Assembly: GCA_040954595.2 (NCBI GenBank)
Contig: CM082577.2
Location: 9,263,846 to 9,327,845 of the forward strand
Length of the DNA: 64,000 bases
Direction of reading: 5' to 3'
Origin: Balanoglossus misakiensis
Taxonomy: Eukaryota; Animalia; Hemichordata
The translations under genes and the position numbers were made by a program. This document shows positions 1 to 11,762 of the stretch, piece by piece (position 1 is the first letter of the stretch; each line of letters opens with the position of its first letter). A model generated the notes under the pieces. The model had not been told where the DNA came from. It saw nothing but the letters and a program-made list of their open reading frames with translations, and searched no databases.

Positions 1-3000
1 CTCTGCACTGGATTCCCCTAATCCACCTAGAACAAATTTTGGAGTAAAACTGAAAGTTGACTTTGTGTCAACAGAAGGCTTGGTCGTCGTTACTGGTGGA
101 CCGAAGCTGAACCCACTGCTCTGGGTGCTGGCAACCGAGAAGACAACATTTCCTGCTTGGCCCAACTTGAATGGTGTGCCCTCCAATCGTCCTGTGGTAG
201 TGGCTGCTGTCTTTGGGACCATGTCGAAAGAAGGCTTGGTCGTCGTTACTGGTGCACCCAAGCTGGACCAAAGGCTCTGGGTGCTGGCAACCGAGATGCC
301 AGCATTTCCTGATTGGCCGAGCTTGAGTGGTGTGCCCTCCAATCCAGTCGTGGTAGTGGCTGCTGTCTGGGGGCCCGTGTCGAAAGAAGGCTTGGTCGTC
401 GTTACTGGTGCACCCAAGCTGGACCAAAGGCTCTGGGTGCTGGCAACCGAGATGCCAGCATTTCCTGATTGGCCGAGCTTGAGTGGTGTGCCCTCCAATC
501 CACCTGTGGTAGTGGCTGCTGTCTGGGGGGATGCCCCGAAGTTGAATCCACTATCACCGCCAGAGTGTGCTTCAAACTTCAGTGCCGGGCTGAGCGGCGT
601 CGTCGACGACACATCCGATTCCGAAGATTTCAGCCCAGGTCTTTTGGTACCACAGGCCACGCAGCTCTTTCCGTCAGCCTTGTTGCGTACCAGACAACCA
701 TCACACTCCCACCGTCCAGGTTTCAGGGCATCGCACGCTTCGCATGCTTTGGCACTGTTTGGATTGCGTGCTGAGCACTTCTCACATTGCCAAGTGGTCG
801 GTTCGACTTTGAAGAAGATACCTCCACTTCTCTGAAAGTCATAATCATGAAACAAATCACTCGAGGGCATATGACAAAAGGAAAGTTCATGCCTCTTTCC
901 AGCGTTTTATTTTGTCGCATACAGTAACAAACTTGTTCTACTCATCGAGTTATGTTGAATCCCCAGAGTTTGAATCGTGTATGCGTACCAGACAGGAACT
1001 GATTGCAGTCTGAATGATTATGCAAACAAAAACGTGGTACTATATTAATCATCAACTTCAAACCGGTACATATCAGTCAAATTATAATGTCATAGTCATG
1101 CGTTGTGAACATAAAAGACATCTAGACACTGCAACATTCCAGGGGAGTGCAGCAGTAAAGAAGCCGATCAAAACAAAACAAAAAATTAATACAAGAAATT
1201 CAAGAAAGCCAATATATCCTCTGCTATGAAAAGTTATGAACAAGTTTAATCGGGTCACCTTGAGAAGCGTTAAATAGTAGGAGTGTATAGAAGTTAAGTT
1301 ATAATCCTGAAGGTGCGCTGATCCAGCAGAAAACAATACCTAACTAGTAAGATGATGTACCTTTTCGACCTGCACCGCTGGTTCTCTTGGTGCGTCACAC
1401 GCAGCACATACGCTAACAGTTGTTTTGTTGCTCACTAGGCATTCAACACACTGCCATAATTCGGGTTTCGATTTCAACGATTCTCCCTCTTTCTGAAAAT
1501 TGCCATCAAATTTTCATTCAATTAGTATCAAGTACACCCAGGGGTAATCAGCCCCCCCCCCCCTCAACGGTACAGCTGCGTGACCACAGCTAGTAGAATA
1601 TATGAAATAAATGTCACTGACGTTTCACTTGCAGCTCAAAATGTCATTTCTTTTTCTTCAAGCAGTTGTGTCTATAAAAAATCTGTGATTTGGTCAGAAT
1701 TAAATCAGTGTTTCATTGGTGTCACAGAAGGTAGACCTTTATATGGTCTATGGCAATTTGTCTATATGTGAAAACCTTCATTCTATATTAGTTATGCATC
1801 CGTACCTTCAAAGCTTCCTCTGTGCCCACCAATCCAGTTGTGGTAGTGGCTGCTGTCTGGGGGCCCGTGTCGAAAGAGGGCTTGGTCGTCGTTACTGGTG
1901 CACCCAAGCTGGACCAAAGGCTCTGGGTGCTGGCAACCGAGAAGCCAGCATTTCCTGATTGGCCGAGCTTGACTGATGTGCCCTCCAATCCACCTGTGGT
2001 AGTGGCTGCTGTCTTTGGGCCCGTGTCGAAAGAAGGCTTGGTCGTCCTTTCTGGTGCATCGAAGCTTAACCCAGCAGTGCTCTGGGTGCTGGCAACCGAG
2101 AAGCCAGCATTTCCTGATTGGCCGAGTGTGAGTGGTGTGCCCACCAATCCACCTGTGGTAGTGGCTGCTGTCTGGGGGGACGCCATGAAGTTGAATCCAC
2201 TATCACCGCCAGAGTGTGCTTCAAACTTCAGTGCCGGGCTGAGCGGCGTCGTTGACGACACATCCGATTCCGAAAATTTCAGCCCGGGTCTTTTGGTACC
2301 ACAGGCCACGCAGCTCTTTTCCTCGGCCTTGTTGCGTACCAGACAACCATCACACTCCCACTGTCCATGTTTCAGGGCATCGCACGCTTCGCATGCGTTG
2401 GCGCCGTTTGGATTGCTCGCTGAGCACTTCTCACATTGCCAAGTGGTCGGTTCGACTTTGAAGAAGATGCCTCCACTTTTCTGAAAGTCATAATCATGAA
2501 ACAAATCACTCAAGGGCATATGACAAAAGGAAAGTTCATGCCTCTTTCCAGTGTTTTATTTTGTCGCGTACAGTAACAAACTTGTTCTACTCATCGAGTT
2601 ATGTTGAATCCCCAGAGTTTGAATCGTGTGTGCGCACTAGACAGGAACTGATTACAGTCTGAATGATTATGCAAACAAAACGTGATACTATATTAATCAT
2701 CAACTTCAAACCTGTACATATCAGTCAAATTATAATGTGAATAATATAGTCATGTGTTGTGAACATAAAAGAAATCTAGACACTGCAACATTCCAGGGGA
2801 GTGCAGCAGTAAAGAAGCCGATCAAAACAAAACAAAAATACAAGAAATTCAAGAAAGCCAATATATGCTCTGCGATGAAAAGTTATGAACATGTTTTATC
2901 GGGTTACCTTCAATTGTGAGAAGAGTTAAATGGTAGGAGTGTATAGAAGTTAAGTTACAATCCTGAAGGTGCGCTGATCCAGCGGAAAACAATACCTGAC

Positions 3001-3496
3001 CAAGATGAACGTACCTTTTCGACCTGCACCGCTGGTTGTCTTGGTGCGTCACATGCAGCACATACGCTAACAGTTGTTTTGTTGCTCACTAGGCATTCAA
3101 CACACTGCCAGAATTCGGGTTTCGATTTCAACGATTCTCCCCCTTTCTGAAAATTGCCATCAAATTTTCATTCAATTAGTATCAAGTACACCCAGGGGTA
3201 ATCAGTCCCCCCCCCCCTCAACGGTACAGCTGCGTGACCACAGCTAGTAGAATATATGAAATAAATGTCACTGACGTTTCACTTGCAGCTCAAAATGTCA
3301 TTTCTTTTTCTTCAAGCAGTTGTGTCTATAAAAAATCTGTGATTTGGTCAGGATTAAATCAGTGTTTCATTGGTGTCACAGAAGGTAGACCTTTATATGG
3401 TCTATGGCAATTTGTCTATATGTGAAAACCTTCATCTATATTAGTTATGCATCCGTACCTTCAAAGCTTCCTCTGTGTCTGTGGTACTACTAGATG

Positions 3497-3579
<83 letters not shown>

Positions 3580-6500
3580 CCACCACCACCAGCTGTACTC
3601 TCCATCTCGCGAAGCATCTTTTGACATTCTTCAAACTTCTTCTTGAACTCCATCGCTATTTCCGGAGTTTTAAAATTCAGCGCCAGCTGCTCATTACGCG
3701 CCTCCTCTTCCGAGAAGTCCACGGCGCTCCACACCCAGGACCGATCGGATCCGGCGTACGGACGCAGCTCCATGTCCGCGTTGATGAAATGATTTGCGCA
3801 GACCTTGAAGACTTGTTCTCTTCTCATGAGCACCCTTATCTTGCCGGTTTTGGGGTGCTTCAGGAGCTTCACATTGCCTATGCCGCGTACCTTCCACTGC
3901 GTCGCCTCCTCGTCGTACCTGTACAGCCTCGCACGCTGGTTGTACAGTACAACTTCGTCCTCTTCACCAGTTTTCTCTTCCACGTACTTCGGCAGTGACA
4001 CAATCGGTTCAAAGTGAATATCGTCACTAGGAGCAACTTCCTCCCCGTCATCATCATCATCCCCCTCATCCCCGTGCCTGGATGGCAAGGTAAACAACTG
4101 ACGGCCCGTTCCTTTAAAACGGAACGTGGGATCTGTTACCCAGAGAAAGAAAGGAAGGCGTGTTTTAACGAACAGAACATAAACCAACAACAATTTAATT
4201 CATTATCGATGATGCAGTCCTCGTTTGATTAAATGAGGGTGAACAGCATCAAGGGCACGTTGCTCCCATATCAGTTGTGTTTGGACTCATGGTGAAATTT
4301 GACTTGGAGAGAAGGCACTTCTTGAGTCTAGCCAATGTACCTAAAAGTTCCATACTCAAAACAACATCTCGTGTGATTAAGCTGCAGCTGCAAAATCTAG
4401 TGGACCAATCACAGCATGTGTTACGCCATCTCTGGAGTGCGAGCAGTAAAGAGGGATTACATGATTGGCTACTTACAAGCCATATGCAACCGTGTGGTGG
4501 TGCTCATACACCCACAATTTAACAGCCCGTTCTGCAAAGACCTGATTCAGGGGGTTTAATTAGCATCAGGTGACCCTGGACAAGACACCTTCGCAAGCCA
4601 AGATGCAGATCAGTCAAATCTAAAAGCATCGTCTGACATTACCTGGTTCAACGACCTCAGTAGCTGGCGCTGAAAGTGTTGGTGAACCTAGCCTCCACTG
4701 ATTCCAATCATCAGGCAACCTCTCATCATTGCATCCAATACACCCGGGACACTCCGCCTTGTACTTGTACAAAAAGAAATTCCTCGGCAGCTGTAGTTTT
4801 AGGGCTTCCCCAACTTCCTCTGCGGTGGGCTCTCGCTCATAGGTTATCTGTACAAATTCTGTGTGTGAGAAACCGAAGGGGGAGTGAGATCTGGCATTTA
4901 GACATCTTAACGATACTCATAGCAAATTACTTCCGGTAAAACAAAATTTTCCCTCTTTCTAGATGTAGATCGATAGCTCTACTGGTGCCATTATTGTAGC
5001 GACAACTTACACTGAAAATGTTTTATGTAGCCAATTTCTCTTGGACATCTTACTCACAGGAAAGAAAAAATAAACATGAAATAATCACAATGTAATCTAC
5101 AGAACAACTTTGCTGTCTACTTTTGTTGCCATTCAAAATAAAATAACGATGAAACATACCAAATCTTCATCATCTTCTAGAATTCATTCAAAATCATAAA
5201 CTAATAATTTACAGACTACATATACAGAAATATGAAGTTGAACCTCACCTGAATTTTCATCGTGGTCAAACTTGAGGTCCATCTTGGGTAAATCCTTTGG
5301 TGCTTCCCTATCATCCCCAAACAGAGGGCCAGTTGTGTCTGATTTGTGACTAAAGGTGGAACCACCAAATGGGGATGCTGTTTCCACTTCCTTCTTCGGC
5401 TCTGATGTGGTGGATGACACAACTGCAGCTGGGGTAAAGACTAATCCCTGACCGAATGAAAACTTTGGACGGGAAATCACACTTTCACCATCCTTCACCT
5501 GGTGTTCAGTTGGCGGTGCTTCCGACTCCAGGGTTGACACGCGACTCTCAGTGCCTAGCTTCGATTTCTGATCTGTTGCCTCTGCAGCAGAGGATGCTTT
5601 CAAAGGAGGTGTGGCCTCTCCACTGGCGGTGGCTGGTTGTCGCCCGAGTGACAATCCTGCAGTACCTGATGGTGCGGTTGTTGCCTGCGTTCCAAGAGTT
5701 AATCCTGGAACACTTGCTGCGGTTGATGGAGTCCCAAATCCACCCTTCCCTCCATCTGTCAAATACTGGTCTGCGCATCCATTCTCGTACAGTTTGTTGT
5801 CACCTTCCTGAACCCCATTTGACTCATGACCTGTTCTAATAGATGCCGTACCAGGAGATGAGAATGATAAGTTATTGAGGCTGGATTCTCCAACTGAAAC
5901 TGTTGGAAGTGGTGGTGGTGGTGGTGGTGGTGGTTTTGTAGGTGTGTCTGAAGTCTTACTTTCAACATCAGCATTGCCTTCTTTCTGTTTAGTGGCCGGT
6001 GAGTTGAGCGACGGAAAGGCTGATCTGCTGGAACTGCCGGAGGTAATTTCTTTCAGGATCCCAGAGCTAGATGCTTTTTGTTCTGAAGAAGCTTGATGCT
6101 GAGGAACGGGACCGAATGCTGATGAAAACTGAAACTTTGAAGTCAATTCTGCAGATGATGTTCGATTGTTGGCATCAACATTCTTTGCTTGGCTCTGACT
6201 GCCATGAGAAGATCCTGTCGTAAGACTTCCAAACGTGAACCCGCCTGCTGCCTTGCTGGCAGAGCCCCCGAAGCTGAATCCTGTTGCTGACTTGGAGTCA
6301 CCCGCCCCTTGACTGGCGGCAAATGTAAGTCCTGTACTCTTCGGTGCTGCAACAGAACCACTAACAGCAAATGGCTGAGAGGTGCTTGATCCAAACGTGA
6401 AAGTTGATCCACTTGGGGCTGTGGATGATATTGTTCCTGTAGTAGACACTGCAGATCTTGCTTTGCCCAAATCTTCAGCAGTTTGCTTTGCAACATCTTT

Positions 6501-7232
6501 CTCAGGTTTAGACCCAGGCTTGCCTGCGCCACATGCCAGACACACACGCTTATCAGCTGAATTACTGACCAGGCATTCTCGACACTTCCAGGTTCCTGGT
6601 TTCGGCCTTAGCTGATCGGCAAGACTCATTGCCGTTGTTGCTCCCTTTCCCTTGTCTTCTGCCTTCTTTGGAGTGGTTGACATCTCTTGGGTTGTCTGCT
6701 CAGAAAGAGATCGTACAACCTCTCTGCATTCTTCGAATTTGGCTTTGAATTCTTCAGCCATCTCCTGAGTCTTGAACTTTATCATAAACGTTCTCTGTTT
6801 TGGTATGCCATCGGCAAAATCAAGGGCTGTCCACAACCAGGATCTGCCAGAATTCAGACATGACTTCATATCCATGTCCTTGGTAATGTAGTGGTTAGCA
6901 CAGACTTTAGGAACACGTTCGCTTCTCATGAGTATTCTCATTTTCTTAATCTTCTTGCAATTCATGATTTTGATTTGACCAACATCCCAACCCTTCAACT
7001 GATGGCGTTTGTCGTCAAATTGATGTAACTTCGCCCTTAAAGAGAATATTTCTTCCTGGTCTTCTTCTCCATTAATCAATTTCACTTTCTCTGGCGGCTT
7101 CACTGTAGACTTAGACATTCTATCATCTTCCTTGTCAGAGGCCACAGAAGTGATCACAGCAGCTGACGGTCCAGAAGTTTCTATCCTGGTTCCAAAACCA
7201 GACGGAGTTTGATCTGGAAATCTTGGTAGAGA
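1..7232 (-). CDS. RANBP2: RanBP2/Nup358-like multi-exon coding region (2 Ran-binding domains, 7 RanBP2-type zinc fingers, FG-like spacers, IR SUMO-ligase repeat); 3' end lies outside the window
   Basis: Phase-compatible GT/AG exons: 7232-5249, 5176-5160, 4847-4643, 4132-3459, 3146-3015, 2480-1806, 1492-1361, 831-<1. RanBD motifs FEPIVSLP...EEDEVVLYNQRARLYRYD...WKVRGIGNVKLL...RVLMRREQVFKVCANH; W-x-C-x2-C...N...C-x2-C zinc fingers; FSFG/FTFG motifs. Probably a diverged paralogue rather than the true orthologue. Confidence 0.88.
330..3477. repeat. Recent intragenic tandem duplication (~1.5-1.65 kb unit: two zinc-finger exons plus introns), with internal ~147-bp coding repeats
   Basis: Introns 832-1805 and 2481-3458 are near-identical (offset ~1650); identical spurious ORFs at 1580 and 3234. 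The left boundary is blurred by the 48-49-aa internal repeats. Confidence 0.92.
3459..4132 (-). CDS. Ran-binding domain (RanBP1-like) exon with poly-Asp tail
   Basis: DIHFEPIVSLP...KVCANHFI...RSWVWSAVDFSEEE...LALNFKTPEIAMEFKKKFEECQ; acceptor taacag|AT, donor AAG|GTACGG. Confidence 0.92.
3499..3579. repeat. (TCA)27 coding microsatellite giving poly-Asp
   Basis: Perfect trinucleotide run inside the RanBD exon. Confidence 0.95.
4643..4847 (-). CDS. RanBP2 internal-repeat (IR, SUMO E3 ligase-type) exon, absent from the ORF track
   Basis: Hand translation ITYEREPTAEEVGEALKLQLPRNFFLYKYKAECPGCIGC resembles RanBP2 IR1 ([28 protein letters not shown]); acceptor tgtacag|ATA, donor CCAG|GTAATG. Confidence 0.82.
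5249..7232 (-). CDS. Large RanBP2-like exon: degenerate Ran-binding domain, one zinc finger, S/T/G-rich FG-like region
   Basis: Acceptor catttcttgcag|TCT (phase 0); donor TCAG|GTGAGG (phase 1); contains RILMRSERVPKVCANH and WKCRECLVSN...CLAC. Confidence 0.85.
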
Positions 7233-7805
7233 CTGCAAGAAATGAAATGCATACGCTGCAAATTAAAATCGAAACTTTGAATTCTCTTTGTAGGTGAAGA
7301 TGGGGGGCTGGCATCAGTAATTAGTACTTGGCTCAGCATACTGGATGATAGTCCATTCGTGGGACTTTTAGATGTGAACCTGCCGATAGCCGTGCTTTCT
7401 GAGTCTCCACGGCAAAATCTAAGTGCCACTGTAATCACGTGCTCCTTCACTGGCAACAGATGTAAATCGAACAGTCACCAAAATTGAAAGTGTTTCAGGT
7501 GCCTGAGCCAAAGTTTGATGACAACGGTAGTGTGGTGGTCACAGATTTCATTACCCTAGATTTTCAACATATTAAAAAAGCATTCATTTTCCTCATTCTG
7601 AAATTTACAAAAGTTCTATAGGCCTACGCAGAGCATGTGAATCAATTTCTTGGTTACGTAGTTTTCTGTGGTATTTTTGCTAAGTTTGCGAACTTTGAGT
7701 TCAAAAGTATGGTAATTTAATTATTTACATACATATTATAGGCATGCAGATATTAAAGTTGAAAATCAAGCAATTAACGTTGTATATTCAAATTCAATTA
7801 TTTAC

Positions 7806-8909
7806 CTTCTGTACGCAGGTCACAAAGCCCAGACTGTTGTAATCCCACGATAGATATTTTGTGAATACCAGGTGGCTGTCAATTCGATCAGCAATTATAC
7901 TGCTTACATCATCTTGTCTCAGTCGCTTCTCCACATCATTCATTGCTGTCATGATGGCCACAGGTCCGCCAAACGCCAGAAGATGGTGCAGATAGGAATG
8001 CAGGCTTTCTGCTCTGGAAAGTTTACGTTCCAATAATTTGATCTTGGTATACACTTGCTTCCACTTTTGTGCATGCATACCAGAAACTTTCCCCAGCAAG
8101 TTTGTAGCTTGCTTGCGAATTTCCTTTATCCTAGTTTCAGCCAAGTCTTCAATTTGTGACTCGGCTGCTGTTTTGCTGTCGTCTAAGTCTTTTCCACTCC
8201 TATAAGCCGCGTCTTTAGCTTCTTTCAGGTCACTGACCCTTCTTGTCACTGTCTTGTCGTATTCCTTCATTGTTGACATGTACTCTTCTAGTGCGATCTC
8301 CATTGATATCACCTTGTGTTCTGGTGGCAGGTGCTGAAAGACAATACAATTCACACATGTTGGCACTCGGCAGGTGCTGCAGTAGGATTCCAGCTGGGTA
8401 CTGGGATGGCTATCACAGAACTGTGGCAGACTCATTCTGAAATGTTTCGACGATCGTTTTTCGTTGTACTCCCCGATGGTCACCGGTTTATGACCCTTGA
8501 GCAACCGCATTCGTCTGTGTGCCTTAATGCAGTCGTCGCAGAAAAACTCTCCGCAATCTTGGCACCAAAATGCGGACGCCCCTTCACACACTGTACACGC
8601 CGATTCCTCTGCGTTTGAACCGGCAAGCCGAAGCAGGTCATCCGCCAATCGGTTGCTGTCGATACCGGGTACCCCTTCAATGGGCAGAGGATGCCGTTCT
8701 CGGCACGTTGGACAGAAAAGCTGGCCGCTGCTCGATTGTTTAACCCGCTCTGCTAGGCAGGGTTTACAGAAGGTGTGAAAACAAGACAATAATTTAGGAG
8801 ATCTGAGTCGTTCCGTGCAAATCCCACACAGCAGTAGATGCTCATCAATGTCGGCGAAAGTTTGCTCAGTGGAACTCGTTGTCGAAAACATGCCTAAGTC
8901 TGACCACAT
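7806..8909 (-). CDS. TRIM (RBCC) exon: RING, B-box1, B-box2, coiled coil; E3 ubiquitin ligase, TRIM56/TRIM2/3-like N-terminus
   Basis: RING CGIC...LSCFHTFCKPC...CPTCR; B-box1 CTVC...CQDCGEFFCDDCIKAH...H; B-box2 CDSH...YCSTCRVPTCVNC...H...H; then a helical coiled coil. Acceptor tttacag at 8922 just upstream of the ATG; phase-0 donor AAG|GTAAAT at 7806/7805. The unspliced ORF stops at 7794. Confidence 0.93.
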
Positions 8910-10624
8910 GTCAAATGATACCTGTAAATAAAGATGCAGAAGTGACCAATTGAAGTCATAGGAATTAAAATTATCTGTAATACTAGTAATATGAAAAGAA
9001 CACTATAGTTACTAGATTTCCATATCTATGAAAACGCATATGAAGCCGTTGAAGGCCACTCTTTGCGTATGATTTGATTGCCGCGGTGCCTAGCCACAGT
9101 GCCTAGTGTCGATCTTGGTGTTGTTGTCATAAGAGCGCATGCACCACGCAATCGAGCGATGTCACAGTTTGGCGGATTAATTTAGACCCCGACAATTCTG
9201 ATTGGTTAGTTACCTTTGGTGCATCTGAAACAGATAGACCACAGCCCTTTTTATTGGTCAATTACGCTCTGCACTCTTGGAACAGATGTGCAACATAGAC
9301 GCTCAAGACAATTTACGTTGACGGGGAGGTGACCGTATAATGTTTGTCGGCAGCTCATATCTCTAACCTACGCTATAAACTTGCTATAAACCTTATTTGC
9401 CTGTGATTATCGTTTTCACGGCACAGGTGCGGACTTAAAATAATATTGGTATCACCGACTGAAGAGTTCTTGTTCAATTTCGAGAACAGCGTAGGGTTGA
9501 AAACTGACGAGTGTCTTGAAGCCCCACTGATAAAATTGTTGTTATGAGTGACTCCTCGTTTATATAAACCTACATTCAAGTGTTTGTATTTTTCAAAACG
9601 GGGACAGGCACGGCCGAAAGGTGCACGTACGTGATTAACTCAAAATAAACACACATCATGTCAATGTTTAACCCACGGCCACTGCCATTTTTTCCATGTA
9701 GGTAGCTGAACGTGACGACATTAAGTTTCACCACACATATGTGGTTATTATAAGCAATACCTCCCCCCCCCCCCGCCGCAGACGGGATTTGGGTACAATT
9801 CTCCACATATAGCATGCACGAGCCGTTAGTTTCATGCAGTCTCTACCGTACCAATTTTTTCAGATCAAACTCCTTCTGGTTTTGGAACTGTGATAGAAAC
9901 TTCCGGATCGTCAACTTGTCAGGAAAAAATGATCAGTGCTATTATATTGAGTATTTCAGCATCGCTGGATTGAGCTCTCGTTCGGTCCAAATAAAATGTA
10001 AAAAAACTCAGATGACGTATTTCTTGGAATTGAACGTACAGTTCCAAGAATTTCCTGCAGTGGCGCTTCGAAGAAACGCCTCACACGGAAATCAGGAAGC
10101 TTTCGTTTTCTCTTCGCCTTTTTTTCCAGGTAAAACCCATGGTCGAATGTGAAACCTACATTGAACACAGGCGAAATTGGCTCATAGAGTAATTGAAGTC
10201 GGACTACAATATGTACCACCCTTAAAATGAACGTAACAGTCCCCTCCCACCAGTATATAGCCTGGCAATGACTAAGATTATATATGCGGATGTGGGCACA
10301 ATTTGCTTGACCCAGATAAACACGCATCGCTGCGGAAAACAAACTGTAGCAACTCAGGTCAACAGGCCGCCAGGGAGATTTCAAGATGATAAAAATTACA
10401 CACCGAAACTTACTACACAGGTTTGTCGATCTTCGCCGTCTGTGTACTAAAGCGAAAGACAGAAACGCAAGACCGACAGCTCGACAGGAGAGTTATACAC
10501 GCCAACCTGAACCCCCTAAGCCAATATATATTTCTTGGGTAAAGGTCACTATTTGTAGTGGCAAGTAATCTAAACTATTTTTCGACGTCAGGGTGGAGAC
10601 AAAACTATCTTTCAGCGACACGAA

Positions 10625-11010
10625 ATACATACATACATACATACATACATACATACATACATACATACATACATACATACATACATACATACATACATAC
10701 ATACATACATACATACATACATACATACATACATACATACATACATACATACATACATACATGTACATACGTACATACATACATACATACATACATACAT
10801 ACATACATACATACATACATACATACATACATACATACATACATACATACATACATACATACATACATGCATACATACATACATACATACATACATACAT
10901 ACATACATACATACATACATACATACATACATACATACATACATACATACATACATACATACATACATACATACATACATACATACATACATACATACAT
11001 ACATACATAC
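10625..11010. repeat. (ATAC)n microsatellite, ~385 bp
   Basis: Directly visible, with few interruptions. Confidence 0.98.
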
Positions 11011-11229
11011 GATTAAATATGCGTGTCTGCAAATAACTAGACCAATACGATGGTGATTTTCAGAAGTATTTAATTTTAAGTTCCCGCTAATCTCAGTAAT
11101 CACATAAATAATACGAATTTGTAAATTAATAGTATATTAAAGACGATCATGATAATTGTAATGCAATATGAAATTCATTTTAGACTGGAAATCATTGAGT
11201 GAGTTGTGTCCACGAAATGCACGTGAAAC

Positions 11230-11277
11230 CAAAGTTAATAGAGGGGGGAGTCTCCCCCCCCCCCTCTATTAACTATG
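11230..11277. mobile_element. 48-bp minimal MITE/hairpin with 7-bp target-site duplication (P-superfamily-like termini)
   Basis: CAAAGTTAATAGAGGGGGG...CCCCCCTCTATTAACTATG flanked on both sides by GTGAAAC (11223-11229 and 11278-11284). Confidence 0.7.
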
Positions 11278-11762
11278 GTGAAACACAAGGATCCTTTATA
11301 GTGGTCAGTAAAAGTAGACACCGCAGCCCTTTCCCGTTGCATCCGGTGATTTGACCGAGAATTCCTTGTTTGGGAAAAATATGCCTTGTTGTCCTGTAAC
11401 TTCCACCTTACCCGTGGTATTATAAATAATTAAACTCAGTAGGATATAGCAAACGACAGCGTGCATGTTGCCTGTGTACGTTTGATACTCTTCATTGCCG
11501 AGACGAAATAGGTTGGGTGCTATCGAAGAACTGAATGTCAGCCCAAGCTGAAGGGTAGTTCCTTTCCGCCATTGCTATAAGTACTAGTAAGTCGGTTTCA
11601 CTAGTGAAGCTTCGTCTAGGCTATAGTATAATTATATAAGTAAAGATTTGGCAGGTTAAACGCCGAAGGACGAGCCCGGGAGCACTATTCTCAAATCCGC
11701 TGCTTCGTCATTCTCTGATATGTAAGATCTTCTGTTCCACGTTTCATCACGATCACGATTTG

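Noticed and set aside
65-2484. Plus-strand ORFs 65-835 and 1822-2484
   Set aside because: Antisense shadows of the zinc-finger/repeat exons; they end at the minus-strand acceptors.
4077-4080. Alternative acceptor ccatccag|G for the RanBD exon
   Set aside because: Phase 2, incompatible with the upstream phase-1 donor; the 4132 acceptor fits.
10493-11103. MYVC/HTYI repeat ORFs
   Set aside because: Translations of the (ATAC)n microsatellite.
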